A stretch of 64,000 nt of DNA, taken from the IMG/VR virus record IMGVR_UViG_3300049988_000024, positions 1 through 64,000 of that record; one strand, written 5' to 3'. How positions within the stretch are numbered: the stretch's first letter is position 1; every line of letters begins with the position of its first letter. Below, piece after piece: positions 49,701 to 59,721 of the stretch. The notes beneath the pieces are model-generated. The model saw nothing but the letters and a program-made list of their open reading frames with translations, had not been told where the DNA came from and ran no database searches. Made by a program: the position numbers and the translations under genes. The DNA is from a virus.

Positions 49701-52104
49701 AGCTATCTCTTCTGGCTTTATTGACGCGCAAAAGAAGATCGCAAATGGTCAGGCCGGTATTGCGAACGTACCGATCCCGACCGCGCGCCCTGGCGGCATC
49801 CCGATCCCAACGCCCCGTCCTGCAAACGGAAATGTGCCTACGCCTACCCCACGGCCTGCTAATGGCGGCGGCGGTCTGTTCTCTGGTATGAATGGAATGA
49901 CCGGCGCTGGCTCTATTCTCGGAGTTCAGTATCCGGCCTTCAGTGCAATTGGCGGCATCGGTGCGGGCCTTGGCGGCTTTAGTTCCGGTTATTCGTCAGG
50001 TTCGCCGATTTCTGGCGCGCTTACGGGCGGTCTTTCCGGCTTCATGCAGGGCGGTCCTATTGGTGGCATCATCGGTCTTGGCGCCGGTATTCTTGGCGGC
50101 ATCTTCGGCGGTCGTGCGCAGCGCAAGCAAAAGCACATGGAAGCCGCTGCGGCTTGGGAACAGATGCGTCCTCAGTACGAGGCATTTGACCAGTCGCTAA
50201 GCGGCAAGGGTCGCGGCAATCTTCGCGAGTCCATCGGTTCCATGTGGTCTCAGCTTGAGAGCTTCATGGAAACGGGCGGCAAAGCCTGGAAGTACGGCAA
50301 GGGCAACTCCTCCGCGCAGTTCGCCGCGACCGGTACGAAGATGTTTGCCAAGTGGCAACAGGAAATCAATGAGTTCCAAGAAGGCTTCCAGTACATGCTG
50401 GAAGACCTGTCTGGCGGTCAAGGCTTGGAAGGCGCTTTCGCAAAGGGTCGTTCTCAGGTCAAAGCACTTGACGAACAAGTCAAGGGCTTCATTGATGACG
50501 TAGAAATCGCTTTTGGTTCCAATGACATCGGAATCCCGACTTCTGCGGCCTACGATCAGATGTCGCAGGATACGGAAAAACAACGGCTGGAAAACGTCGC
50601 TAAGGCTAAAAAAGCCGCTGGCGATTACGCCTTGACGATGCTTTATACGGCCGAGAAGACTTCCGATATGCAGAATACCCTTGATTCGTTCAAGGGAACG
50701 GCTGCTGGGCTTTTACCAGTTCTGACGAAGCTTGGTTGGAGCGCAGAACAAGCGGCGAAGGATATTGATGAGCGTCTAAATCAGGCTATCGATAATCTGC
50801 GCAAGACGTTCGTGGAAGGCTTTGAATCACAGATCAATGATTTAAAGGGCGTTGGCTACTTCAACGACATTCAAGAGCTTTTAAAATCTCGCGATACCGG
50901 CATTAGCGATGCAAAGCTTTTGGGCGTTGATCCTGAACTTGTTACGCGCTGGTTCAATCTCGCAGCACAAAACGTGGTCGATTCGGCAGAATTGACCGGA
51001 GACGCCTTTGACGAATTGATTAAGCGTTTTCCTGAGCTTAACGGTGTTGTGAAGCAATTCGCTGACACCACAAAGGAAACCGCGCAGCAAATCAAGGAAG
51101 CTGCGTTTCAGTCGGCGCAATCTTCGTTTGATCAAGCCACTTCTCAGCTTCAAACATTCTATGATCGGATCAAGAGTTTTGCAGATAATCTAACAAACTT
51201 CTTGGACTCAATCAAGCTTGACGAAAGCTCGCCACTTTCGAACAAGGAAAAGCTCGATGAAGCTCAAAAGCAATACGCTGATACGCTCGCGAAGGCGAAT
51301 GCTGGCGATGCGGACGCCCAAGGAAATCTAACCAATGCCGCAAAGGAATATCTGGATCAAGCGCGTGAATATTACGCTTCCTCGGATCAATATGGTGAAA
51401 TATTCAAGAACGTAGAATCGCAACTAAAAGACGCAAATACAAAAGCGACCACGCAGCTTGACACAATGCGATCTCAGGCTAAGTGGCTTGAAGACATCAA
51501 CACAAACACCATGACGATGGCTAAAGCGCTTTCTGATTATTTGGAAGCGCAAAAGATGCTGAACTCGAATCGTTCTTGGGGCGTGGAAGAAAATCGTAAC
51601 AAGTCGATTGTTTCCGCGCTTTCTGCCAGCGGTATCAACTACACAGGAAACTTCGGTGGAGGCGAATTCCAAAATTGGACTAACTCGCAGTTGCCTTCTG
51701 TGCAAGCTATTATTATGGATATTGTGCGAAAGTACGATAAAATCTATGGTGTCAATCAGCCAGCCGCTACCGCTGGGCCTGTAAAAGGTTATGCAACGGG
51801 CGGACTTGTGATGAATGGTGTTTGGAATCGCGATAGTGTTACCGCAAAGCTTGCAGGCGGCGAGCATATCACGCGCGCCCCTTCCGTCAACAATGGTACA
51901 CGGTCCATGCTGGATTACATTAATCGAACAGGAATGCTTCCTGGCTCTAATGATAATTCTCGAATGGATGGGGTTGAGCGTCGCTTGGATCGCGTTATTC
52001 AAACCTTGGCGTTTGGTTTTAACACCAACGTTCAAACAATCGAAGAAGGCAATATGATTGCTGAGCGTCAATCCGACGCAATGAAGCTGATGGGTTCCCG
52101 ATGA
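46753..52104 (+). CDS. tail tape measure protein with embedded lytic transglycosylase-like segment
   Basis: 1783 aa, long helical regions and Gly-rich tracts. IRKIESGSFEGNYNAKG...AYGAYQMMG (about 49270-49400) is SLT-like. Confidence 0.9.
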   Translation: MAETTGATGDLRLTITADVGQANKALDQLEKDAKSAGNAASVSLGKIESLLEQINAAAQSAAGSLGKPFSQANPEIDKYRSNILKLEKQVSSLQTQLDKLAKTPAPKPPEGPDVNALRAKWDPLFAISQKYKENIAEIAAAEKAGALTTATANNAREAAANIANTQMLATNKLNASMGTLNSTTKLTSNQLLNLSRQGNDALTMLASGSSIFQVAATQAGQVFGALEEGPQGLKGSMEAVKQYALSAISAIGPLNLAFGAAALAAGGLLIALKRDVEPTEDIIKRQAASVKRLTEEYNLVAPAAEAAGRRSRAAMNFEVGEQTKKDLLNLQRMAFDMQSLPGVNTLFNQRNRTYDMGAPIRKALEDLRASAKAGVPDFVAYRDALTRVAESNAPENIRELAKQLLTSSEEAEKARRSYLGVADAQNEIKTRSNEARQKLAELQREFSAFNPDSRSDAQKIRDNYVKQIAEINKIVTDNPRVINGLIDSATQQATAALDKLAEGAKQKQIETAQALANVGLKPLEKSIQETTQRYNAEIEEYKKTKGDLAGVQALEAAKLNDIARLRKEAGIAAEEEAVKIRKAGDDRIASLNQTVAQMQVQVETFGMTEGAAAAYEFRLRALAEAQRAVGENSVIPEAERAAIEAAAQQVGQYTDQLKAMNEEKQKSQRLADFEADLAFGSQIRGLSREDQAIAEKLRSVGVDYLSVQGQQYAAQMKFNDAFKETKDAAIDFQDVGESIFDTLNESLSKGEGLLKSFANMFSKLANQLASQAFGKLFGGLFNPGQPTGIGSGGGLAGAIGSALSGGGSAATPSANPYLKSQQQFSSAVPEFSDATGDLAAAAKAIRKIESGSFEGNYNAKGVITKNGDRAYGAYQMMGNNIPSWSKTALGRAISINEFLGNKPVQDAIYNKIFGGYAKKYGWEGASRAWFGGEGGMKNWNAKDAVGTSVGSYGSQFGKYFAMNGGGSGYRNTGSIDERGATKEAISSGFIDAQKKIANGQAGIANVPIPTARPGGIPIPTPRPANGNVPTPTPRPANGGGGLFSGMNGMTGAGSILGVQYPAFSAIGGIGAGLGGFSSGYSSGSPISGALTGGLSGFMQGGPIGGIIGLGAGILGGIFGGRAQRKQKHMEAAAAWEQMRPQYEAFDQSLSGKGRGNLRESIGSMWSQLESFMETGGKAWKYGKGNSSAQFAATGTKMFAKWQQEINEFQEGFQYMLEDLSGGQGLEGAFAKGRSQVKALDEQVKGFIDDVEIAFGSNDIGIPTSAAYDQMSQDTEKQRLENVAKAKKAAGDYALTMLYTAEKTSDMQNTLDSFKGTAAGLLPVLTKLGWSAEQAAKDIDERLNQAIDNLRKTFVEGFESQINDLKGVGYFNDIQELLKSRDTGISDAKLLGVDPELVTRWFNLAAQNVVDSAELTGDAFDELIKRFPELNGVVKQFADTTKETAQQIKEAAFQSAQSSFDQATSQLQTFYDRIKSFADNLTNFLDSIKLDESSPLSNKEKLDEAQKQYADTLAKANAGDADAQGNLTNAAKEYLDQAREYYASSDQYGEIFKNVESQLKDANTKATTQLDTMRSQAKWLEDINTNTMTMAKALSDYLEAQKMLNSNRSWGVEENRNKSIVSALSASGINYTGNFGGGEFQNWTNSQLPSVQAIIMDIVRKYDKIYGVNQPAATAGPVKGYATGGLVMNGVWNRDSVTAKLAGGEHITRAPSVNNGTRSMLDYINRTGMLPGSNDNSRMDGVERRLDRVIQTLAFGFNTNVQTIEEGNMIAERQSDAMKLMGSR

Positions 52105-53648
52105 TTTATCTTCTTGAGTTTGACGTTTACGACCTTGCGCAAAACAAGGTCGTAACGCAGCGGTTTTCTACGCATGGTTACGCGACAAAGCCAACGGATA
52201 CGCCTTCAAATACGTTTTACTCCGAACGTATTCAACAAGCAGGCAACTACGAACGAAGTGTTTTCGCGAATGGTACAACTTCAGGCGAGCCCGATGCGAC
52301 TTTTGGTTTCATTGAACTAGCGAATGCGGATGGTGGACTAGACTATCTTACCAACGTTGCGGTTGATGGTCGTCAACTTCGAATCATAGCCCTGTCAGAT
52401 AGGATGGCTAGTTGGTCATCTCGCATGACATTGTTTGTTGGGACGATGGAGCAAATCGAGCATTCATGGACAACCGTAACCATTCGGTTGCGCGACCGTT
52501 TGTTTGAACTCAAGAAAAACATTCAAACAAATTTGTATCTGGGAACAACAACGGCTGGTGGGCAAAACACAGCCGAAGGAACGCCAGATGACCTAAAAGA
52601 CAAGCCAAAGCCAATTCTATTTGGCGCTGCATTCAACTTTCTTCCGGTTTTGGCGAATCGCTTTGATCGAATCTATCAGGTTTCAGATGGTGCTTTCAAT
52701 TCTGGCATTGTAGTCAGAGATGCTGGCGTACCCTTGACTTTTGCTGCTGATTATGCTACAATAACAGCCTTAAGAACTGCAACAATTCCATCCGGTGGTT
52801 TTGCAACTGCCCGCGCTTTGGGATTGTTTCGCATTCAATCAAATCCTTTGGGCGATATCACGGTTGATGCTTCTGAGGGCGCCGATGGTTCGCGTTCTGC
52901 GGCTAGAACCGTAGCGAGAATTTTGCAGCGTTTCGGTTTCACTTCCGCTCAATATTCGCAGACCGATATTGAAGCGCTTCATGCGCTGAATCCAGCAGAA
53001 GTCGGAATTTGGACGGGTGCTGAAACTCAGGAAACCTTTAGTATCATTGCGCGCCTACTGGACAGCATTGGCGCAACCGTTGTTCCTGATCGATTAGGCG
53101 TTCTTCGCTTCTTTCGAATTGACGCACCCTCAGGCACGCCCGTTGCTGTTTTCGATCGAACCAGAATTCTTGATAATGGTCAAGGTTTAGAGCGCATATC
53201 AACAAATGATGAAGGGCGTGGCGTTCCTGCGAAAAAGGTTTCGGTCACTTACGCCTTTAATTATACGCTTCAAAGCGGCACGGCTTTAGCTGGTGCAGCG
53301 ACCGAAGCGTTCAAAGCTTTTGCGAAGGAAAGCGTTCGAACGTCGAAAGCGGAGGATACCTCTGTAGCAGCTATTTTTTTGGTTGCTACTGAACTTGAAT
53401 TCGACACGCTTTTAACGCAAACTGCTGATGCGCAAAATGAGGCTAATCGCAGGCTTGGAATCTTTAAGATCAAGCGCGATCGTTATCGCGTAAAGCTCAA
53501 AACTGATTACACGACTAACATCGATCTAGGCAAAGTGATTTCTCTGCAAGTTCCCCGTTTCGGTCTTGATGCCGGAAAACCGTTCTTGGTTATAGGCATG
53601 AATGAAAATTATCGAGATAACACTACAACGCTCGATTTGTTTGGATAA
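52101..53648 (+). CDS. distal tail / minor tail protein
   Basis: 515 aa; directly follows the tape measure gene. Confidence 0.6.
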   Translation: MIYLLEFDVYDLAQNKVVTQRFSTHGYATKPTDTPSNTFYSERIQQAGNYERSVFANGTTSGEPDATFGFIELANADGGLDYLTNVAVDGRQLRIIALSDRMASWSSRMTLFVGTMEQIEHSWTTVTIRLRDRLFELKKNIQTNLYLGTTTAGGQNTAEGTPDDLKDKPKPILFGAAFNFLPVLANRFDRIYQVSDGAFNSGIVVRDAGVPLTFAADYATITALRTATIPSGGFATARALGLFRIQSNPLGDITVDASEGADGSRSAARTVARILQRFGFTSAQYSQTDIEALHALNPAEVGIWTGAETQETFSIIARLLDSIGATVVPDRLGVLRFFRIDAPSGTPVAVFDRTRILDNGQGLERISTNDEGRGVPAKKVSVTYAFNYTLQSGTALAGAATEAFKAFAKESVRTSKAEDTSVAAIFLVATELEFDTLLTQTADAQNEANRRLGIFKIKRDRYRVKLKTDYTTNIDLGKVISLQVPRFGLDAGKPFLVIGMNENYRDNTTTLDLFG

Positions 53649-53651
53649 GCC

Positions 53652-54536
53652 ATGCCCAACACGAATATTATGCTTGGCTTTCCTAATCGAACCGATGAGT
53701 CTACGCTAAGCAGTGGTTCTTGGTCTTCGACCCTACCTCTCACAAATCTACAAACGCGAGAAATCGCGGAGGTAGCTCGCACAACAAATACCGATGAAAG
53801 TTCAACAAGATTCATTATCGATCTAGGCCAGCCAAGAAATATTGATATTCTTGCGCTTGTAAATCATAATGCTTCGTTTGATGCCAAGATTACGATTGAT
53901 TCTTCTACGGTTTCTAATTTTGCCTCCATTCAAGATACCTATACTGCTGATGTTTGGGCTGGCGTATCCGACGCAGATTGGGTAATCGATGAACTGGAAT
54001 GGGAGAACGATAACTTCTGGATCGGTTCTTATACCGCCGAGGATATTGCCGGTTTTACCGCTGTTTCGACACATAATCTCCAATCGTTTCGCTCAGCCCG
54101 TTATTTCCGAGTTCAAATCAAAGACGTTTTGAATGAAGACGGTTATTTTGAAATCGGTCGCTTGTTTATTGGCCCAGCGGTTCAACCAACCGTCAACTAT
54201 TCTTATGGCGCTGGACTTGCCTATGAAACCAACACGGCAATCGAAACCGCTCTAAACGGCGCTGAGTATTTCGACGTTCGCGAACCTTTTCGTGTGTTTC
54301 GTTTTTCGCTGGAAATGATGCCAAGCAATGAAGCATATGGCAAGTTCTTGGAGATCGTTCGCCGCGCCGGAGTGCATGGCGAAATCTTTGTTATTCCCGA
54401 TCCAGATGATTTGTTTCAAGGCTTGCGCCGAAACTTCATGGGGCGTAATCGTCAGTTGAACCCATTAGAACAAACTCTTTACGCCGATAATGAAGTCAAA
54501 AACACAATGGCTTTTGAAATCAAGGAACTTCGCTGA
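53652..54536 (+). CDS. minor tail / baseplate-like protein
   Basis: ORF track; position. Confidence 0.55.
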   Translation: MPNTNIMLGFPNRTDESTLSSGSWSSTLPLTNLQTREIAEVARTTNTDESSTRFIIDLGQPRNIDILALVNHNASFDAKITIDSSTVSNFASIQDTYTADVWAGVSDADWVIDELEWENDNFWIGSYTAEDIAGFTAVSTHNLQSFRSARYFRVQIKDVLNEDGYFEIGRLFIGPAVQPTVNYSYGAGLAYETNTAIETALNGAEYFDVREPFRVFRFSLEMMPSNEAYGKFLEIVRRAGVHGEIFVIPDPDDLFQGLRRNFMGRNRQLNPLEQTLYADNEVKNTMAFEIKELR

Positions 54537-55645
54537 TGGCGACAAAACCACAATCTTCTTTTGATCGTATTCGCGATTCCAACGGAAACGCCTACGATCC
54601 CAACAACAACCCTGGTGGTTTGGCGCAAGGGGGTCATCGTCAAAACTTTGTTCCTGATTTGAATGCCGTAGCAGATGTAGCCGAATACGCCGCAAGCGTC
54701 GCAACCGAGGCTGCTACTGCTGCCACTTCCGCAACAAACTCCGCTTCTGCGGCTGCTGGCTCTGCCACCAATGCTGCTAGCAGCGCAACTGATGCTAGCA
54801 ATAGCGCCGCTCGTTTTCAAGGAACCTCCACAACTAGCAACACTCCAAGTCTAGCCAGTAAGTCTTTTACAACGCAGCCTAACAAGGCTTTTACGGTTGG
54901 AACTTTTCTGCTAGCTCAATCAAGAGCCACAAGCGCGCTTTGGATGTTTGGAAAGGTTGTTTCCTATAATTCAAGTACAGGCGCGCTGGTTCTTGCTGTT
55001 GAGGCGATTGGAACAACGATTGCGGCTGCAACCGATTGGGATATTCTTGTTACCGGCGCTCGGGGCGTTGTTGGTCCTGATAGTTGGTCGACACCCGTTG
55101 CTTGGGCTGCTTCCATTGATTATAGTGCATCACCGCCGCGCTCAACGGTTGTTTATGATGGCGAAACCTATGTAGCTACCACGTCTCATACTTCTGGATC
55201 GACGTTCGATTCAACGAAGTGGATCAAAATTGCACAAAAAGGTTCTCAACTTTCCAAAGCCACGGGCGCGATTCTTCGTGCGCTTACGGATGACGCAAGC
55301 TATCTTACCGCAAAATCTCATGCGGATGCTATGGCTTATGACGTAAGAACAAACGTAAGCGTTAGCACGACTCCAAATCTTTCCTCGGCGTTTAATTTTT
55401 CGTTTACTATAACTGGAAATCTATCGATTAACGCCGGAACAAATTCAAAAGAAGGTTCATCTGGATTATTTGCTCTTAAACAAGATGCAACTGGCGGGCG
55501 AACGGTGTCTTGGAATACCTTCTGGGACTTTGGTGCTGATGGTCCGCCAACCATTCGCACTACTGCTGGTGCTACTGATTATGTATTCTATGTGATCAAG
55601 CCGGGAGCCACAGGAGCTATTTGCACATACAAGGCAGGCGCGTAA
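54536..55645 (+). CDS. tail fibre-like protein
   Basis: Ala/Ser/Thr-rich repeat AASVATEAATAATSATNSASAAAGSATNAASSATDASNSAARF is typical of fibre shafts. Confidence 0.6.
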   Translation: MATKPQSSFDRIRDSNGNAYDPNNNPGGLAQGGHRQNFVPDLNAVADVAEYAASVATEAATAATSATNSASAAAGSATNAASSATDASNSAARFQGTSTTSNTPSLASKSFTTQPNKAFTVGTFLLAQSRATSALWMFGKVVSYNSSTGALVLAVEAIGTTIAAATDWDILVTGARGVVGPDSWSTPVAWAASIDYSASPPRSTVVYDGETYVATTSHTSGSTFDSTKWIKIAQKGSQLSKATGAILRALTDDASYLTAKSHADAMAYDVRTNVSVSTTPNLSSAFNFSFTITGNLSINAGTNSKEGSSGLFALKQDATGGRTVSWNTFWDFGADGPPTIRTTAGATDYVFYVIKPGATGAICTYKAGA

Positions 55646-56586
55646 TGCTTCCTCAGATTAATCCTATGATGCTTGGTGGGGCACTCGCTGTAGATCAAGT
55701 ATTCAAGAACCAGAACCTTTCAACCCCTGCGACGTTTACACTTCCATTTGCACCAAGTTTGATTATCGATAAAAGCATCAGCTACAGCGACTCGGCTCGT
55801 TGGAGAACAAGTGAAAGCCTTAATGTCTTAGTTAGCAGTGCAACTACTGGTGCCGTATCAGCTTATCCGGGTAATACAGTCAATGGGTCAAATAGAACTT
55901 TCGATACGTATACTGCTGGAACCCAAGGAACCACTTCAGTATGGTCTTTTGCCAAGGCTGGAAATTTCTACGACTCGTTTACCTATATTGGTGATGGGTC
56001 TAACATCAAAACTCTCAGCCATAATCTAAGAGGTTATCCCGGTCTTATTATCGTTAAACGTTTAGATAGCACCTCAAATTGGACTGTTTGGCAACAAAGC
56101 TTATCTACAAATTCGTATCTATCTTTAAATACAACAGATATCATTTCGACTAATGCTTCTAATGCCATCAACTCTGTAACAAACACTCAATTCACTATTG
56201 GTAGCTTATTCAATATTTCTGGTGCCAGTTATATTGTGATGCTGTTTGGACATCAGACTTCTTCTGGTGGTTTCATTCGAACAGGGACGTATGTTGGAAC
56301 CGGTACATCAGGCAACACGGTTGAACTCGGTTGGGAACCTCAATGGATCGTCATTAAAAGCATTTCAAGCACCGGTTTAAACTGGACTGTTTTTGATAAT
56401 ATGAGAATTGGTAATTCCACTCTACCATCTAGAAACAGCGCTATTACTCTTAACACCGCAAATACCCAAGCAACAAATATTGGAACCATCGCATTTACTT
56501 CCACGGGTTTTAGCCCACAGGCTGGTTCCATCAATCTTAATAATGGTACATATATTTACCTAGTCATTCGAAAGGGTATCTCCTAA
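55645..56586 (+). CDS. receptor-binding / tail fibre distal protein (tentative)
   Basis: ORF track 55621..56586, ATG at 55645. AT-richer, Ser/Thr/Asn-rich. Confidence 0.5.
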   Translation: MLPQINPMMLGGALAVDQVFKNQNLSTPATFTLPFAPSLIIDKSISYSDSARWRTSESLNVLVSSATTGAVSAYPGNTVNGSNRTFDTYTAGTQGTTSVWSFAKAGNFYDSFTYIGDGSNIKTLSHNLRGYPGLIIVKRLDSTSNWTVWQQSLSTNSYLSLNTTDIISTNASNAINSVTNTQFTIGSLFNISGASYIVMLFGHQTSSGGFIRTGTYVGTGTSGNTVELGWEPQWIVIKSISSTGLNWTVFDNMRIGNSTLPSRNSAITLNTANTQATNIGTIAFTSTGFSPQAGSINLNNGTYIYLVIRKGIS

Positions 56587-57092
56587 TGGCTTATGCTCAA
56601 AAACTTAACGGCTCTTGGGTAGAGTTACTAGCTGGAGTACCTGTTCAATATCGTATTGATAAAGATGAATTTCTTGTTTCCTATGATAGCATCCTTATTT
56701 GGAGTGATTCGGAACGTGAATTTGCGGGAATCTACCCGATAAAAGAAGGTGAGCAACCAGCCCAAGGCTATTTTGTTGCGTCGCGTAAGCTAGTTGACAA
56801 AGACCTTCGCCCCGTATGGAAAAACACGTTCGCTAAAACTGCAGAGCCGGAAGTCCCTGAAGAGGTGACTATGCGGCAAGCAAAGATCGTTCTTTCGCGT
56901 GCTGGTCGTTTCGCGCAAGCTAATGCCGCGCTTGAATCAATGTCAGGACAGCAAGGCGAAGAAGCCCGAATCGAATGGCAGTATGCCACTGTCCTTCGTC
57001 GCGATCATCCACTTGTTATAGGGATTGGCCAAGCGCTTGGTATGGATGATACAACGATTGACACGTTGTTTCGAGAAGCCGCCAAAGTGTAG
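56586..57092 (+). CDS. hypothetical tail-module protein (possible fibre assembly factor)
   Basis: ORF track; position only. Confidence 0.45.
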   Translation: MAYAQKLNGSWVELLAGVPVQYRIDKDEFLVSYDSILIWSDSEREFAGIYPIKEGEQPAQGYFVASRKLVDKDLRPVWKNTFAKTAEPEVPEEVTMRQAKIVLSRAGRFAQANAALESMSGQQGEEARIEWQYATVLRRDHPLVIGIGQALGMDDTTIDTLFREAAKV

Positions 57093-57121
57093 TTGCCTAA
57101 ATAAGATACAAGGAAACCCCG

Positions 57122-57928
57122 ATGAAACTAACCTCCGCCCATCTTAACACTATCGCCGGTGGCACAAAAACAGCCGCCCGTCAAGCTAATATCGATGCCA
57201 TTCTTCTTGGCCTTGACGCCTATGGCGAACAGGTCGGATTAAACACGGCACCGCGACTCGCTCAGTACATCGCACAGCTTGCACACGAATCGGGACGGTT
57301 CCGTTACGATCGCGAGGTTTGGGGACCAACCGCCGCTCAGAAGCGATACGAAGGCCGCGCCGATCTTGGAAACACCCAACCAGGAGATGGCTCCAAGTTT
57401 CGCGGCTACACCCCTATTCAAATCACGGGCCGCGCAAATGCAACGGCTTTTCGTGATTGGTGCCGCGCCAAGGGTTTGAATCCGCCCGACTTCGCGCAAT
57501 TTCCCGAACTGATGAATACCGATCCTTGGGAAGGTCTTGGACCTATCTGGTTTTGGACGACGCGCGATTTGAACCGTTATGCCGACGAAGGCAATACGGA
57601 AATGATTTCGCGACGCATCAACGGCGGGACAAACGGTCTTTCGGATCGACTAGAACTTTTTGTTCGCGCTGGTCTTGTTCTTCTGGATTACAAGCTGGAA
57701 GCATCGGTTGTCAAGCGTTTCCAATCGGAACACGGTTTGACGCCGGATGACGTTGCGGGGCCAGCCACACGTCTAGCCATTCATAAGGCTCTTCAGAAGC
57801 TCGATACGGAACCATCAGCGCCAGCGGCAGAAGCGCCAACGGATACGCCTGTAGCAGAAGCGCCGCTTACGCTTGCTGATTATCTTCGCATCATCGAAGC
57901 GGCAACCGCCGCCATTCGCCAACTCTAA
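57122..57928 (+). CDS. endolysin: GH19 chitinase-like muramidase with C-terminal peptidoglycan-binding domain
   Basis: LAQYIAQLAHESGRFRYDREVW...GRADLGNTQPGDGSKFRGYTPIQITGRAN is GH19-like. VVKRFQSEHGLTPDDVAGPATRLAI is PG_binding_1-like. Confidence 0.8.
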   Translation: MKLTSAHLNTIAGGTKTAARQANIDAILLGLDAYGEQVGLNTAPRLAQYIAQLAHESGRFRYDREVWGPTAAQKRYEGRADLGNTQPGDGSKFRGYTPIQITGRANATAFRDWCRAKGLNPPDFAQFPELMNTDPWEGLGPIWFWTTRDLNRYADEGNTEMISRRINGGTNGLSDRLELFVRAGLVLLDYKLEASVVKRFQSEHGLTPDDVAGPATRLAIHKALQKLDTEPSAPAAEAPTDTPVAEAPLTLADYLRIIEAATAAIRQL

Positions 57929-57940
57929 AGGATTGCCCCG

Positions 57941-58369
57941 ATGGAAACCTTGATTGCCGCACTAACCCCTATATACACGGTTGCGGTTAGCATCCTTGTT
58001 CCGCTAGCCGTTGCGTATCTTCTGAAGCTTGTGAAAGATCGTACCGGCATCGCTTTGGAACAATCGGATCGCGATGCCTTGCAAACTGCGATTAAGAATG
58101 CGGCCCTTGTTGCGGTTGACAAGAGCGGTGGCGCCAAGATGGCAACCGTTGTCACGGATACGGCTATTGACGCGGGCGTTCGATACGTCAAGGAAGCGGT
58201 TCCTGACGCCGTGGAGCGCTTCCGCAAGCAAGGCTTGGACGATCATGCAATTGCGGCCAAGATCGCACCACAGGCTCAGATTTTGATTGATAGCGTTCCG
58301 ACCGTTATTGCCGATACGACTAAGGCTGTTGCCACTGACGCCTTTGTACGCTCTGCCCTTGGTCGCTAA
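57941..58369 (+). CDS. membrane-anchored lysis-cassette protein (holin or accessory candidate)
   Basis: N-terminal TM segment LTPIYTVAVSILVPLAVAYLL. Follows the endolysin gene. Confidence 0.45.
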   Translation: METLIAALTPIYTVAVSILVPLAVAYLLKLVKDRTGIALEQSDRDALQTAIKNAALVAVDKSGGAKMATVVTDTAIDAGVRYVKEAVPDAVERFRKQGLDDHAIAAKIAPQAQILIDSVPTVIADTTKAVATDAFVRSALGR

Positions 58370-58371
58370 CC

Positions 58372-58749
58372 GTGGACTTCTCACCCGTTGTTCAATACCT
58401 AATCGAACAAGGCGGCTTTGCGATAGCTTGCCTTGCCTTGGTTTGGTATGCGAACAAGCTCGATAAACGCAATCTTGATCTCAGCAACACGGTCAACACT
58501 CTTCAAAAAGAAGCGTCGGCTCACGTTGAGAGACTATATCAATCACGGCTGGAAGCCGAAGGCCGCATCAATACAACGCTGAACGAAGCTTCGCAAACTA
58601 TGGAGGCGGTCGTTGATGTCGCCAAGGAACTGAAGCAAGCTGTTCAAACCAACAGCGAACAAATCAAGTCTCTTCAGACAATTTCACAAACGAACCAGGA
58701 AATCGGCCGCGACCTAAAAGCCGCTCTGCAAGTACGGAGGGACGCATGA
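58372..58749 (+). CDS. i-spanin-like protein (N-terminal TM plus coiled coil)
   Basis: GTG start. GGFAIACLALVWYA followed by a long helical region. Confidence 0.45.
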   Translation: MDFSPVVQYLIEQGGFAIACLALVWYANKLDKRNLDLSNTVNTLQKEASAHVERLYQSRLEAEGRINTTLNEASQTMEAVVDVAKELKQAVQTNSEQIKSLQTISQTNQEIGRDLKAALQVRRDA

Positions 58750-58943
58750 GTTGGTTTCGCCGTGCTTTTGGCCATATTGATCCTCCACAAACATTGAATA
58801 TTAATGAAGACTTATTGCGTCGCTCTTCTGAACTAGAAGATGCTCAGAAAATACAAACCGCTCTTGTGCGTTTGCAAGGCAGGGAACTAAGACAAGAGAT
58901 GATCAACACCGCTCTTGATATTCGACAAAGGCGAGAGCGATGA
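58746..58943 (+). CDS. hypothetical protein
   Basis: ORF track. No lipobox, so not an obvious o-spanin. Confidence 0.5.
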   Translation: MSWFRRAFGHIDPPQTLNINEDLLRRSSELEDAQKIQTALVRLQGRELRQEMINTALDIRQRRER

Positions 58944-59710
58944 TAGCGCGTATAAAAAACTTCTTTCAAGCCGCGAATGAGTTGCTTTTTTCGCGCATTG
59001 GCATGACGTTTACGGTTTTCACGCTTGTTTACGTCTTTGCAATCTCACTCTTTCCGATGCTGTTTCTGGTGGAGGTAGCGAACGCTCTTGTTTTTGCGTT
59101 TGCAATTATTCTAGCAGTCATGTATATTCCCGACGCAATCTATGTTGCGCGAAACGATAAAGGTGAAGGCGGCCAATATTTTCTTGTAGGCTTCTCACTT
59201 GTCATTGTATGGCTTCTGGAATCGCGCGCTTTTTCGTCGGTTTGGCGATGGATGGGCAATCCCGATACATGGTTGAATCATCCATTTAACACGTTCTTTC
59301 TTTTCCTCCTCGCTTGGGGTTTGTTTACCCTAGCCGCTGCCCCTGGAATGCGGGGCGGTGAAGTCCCTATCAAGAATTGGCGCGTTATCGGTCTTGCTAT
59401 TGCAGTTGCGATCTTCGTGTTCGGCGTAACCATCGGTCTTGTGTTCTCTGGCAAGATCAAGGAAGTTGCGGTTCCTACAACTGTTGCTGAGCTTCGCACG
59501 CAATGCGCAGCCAATCAACCCATCAAAGGAAATGTTCGTGGCTCGCGACTCATCTACCATGTCCCCGGTGGACTCTCTTATGACTCTACCATTCCTGAGC
59601 GTTGTTTTGCGACCGAATCCGAAGCCGAAGCGCAGGGTTTTCGTCGGGCGGGCGACTCGCCAGAAGGACGAAGATCGGAAAAACAAAGCTTGACTTTCGC
59701 GCGTAAATAG
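58940..59710 (+). CDS. polytopic membrane protein with C-terminal sunset-like domain
   Basis: About five hydrophobic segments, then PIKGNVRGSRLIYHVPGGLSYDSTIPERCFATESEAEAQGFRRAG. Confidence 0.6.
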   Translation: MIARIKNFFQAANELLFSRIGMTFTVFTLVYVFAISLFPMLFLVEVANALVFAFAIILAVMYIPDAIYVARNDKGEGGQYFLVGFSLVIVWLLESRAFSSVWRWMGNPDTWLNHPFNTFFLFLLAWGLFTLAAAPGMRGGEVPIKNWRVIGLAIAVAIFVFGVTIGLVFSGKIKEVAVPTTVAELRTQCAANQPIKGNVRGSRLIYHVPGGLSYDSTIPERCFATESEAEAQGFRRAGDSPEGRRSEKQSLTFARK

Positions 59711-59721
59711 TATACGAACAA

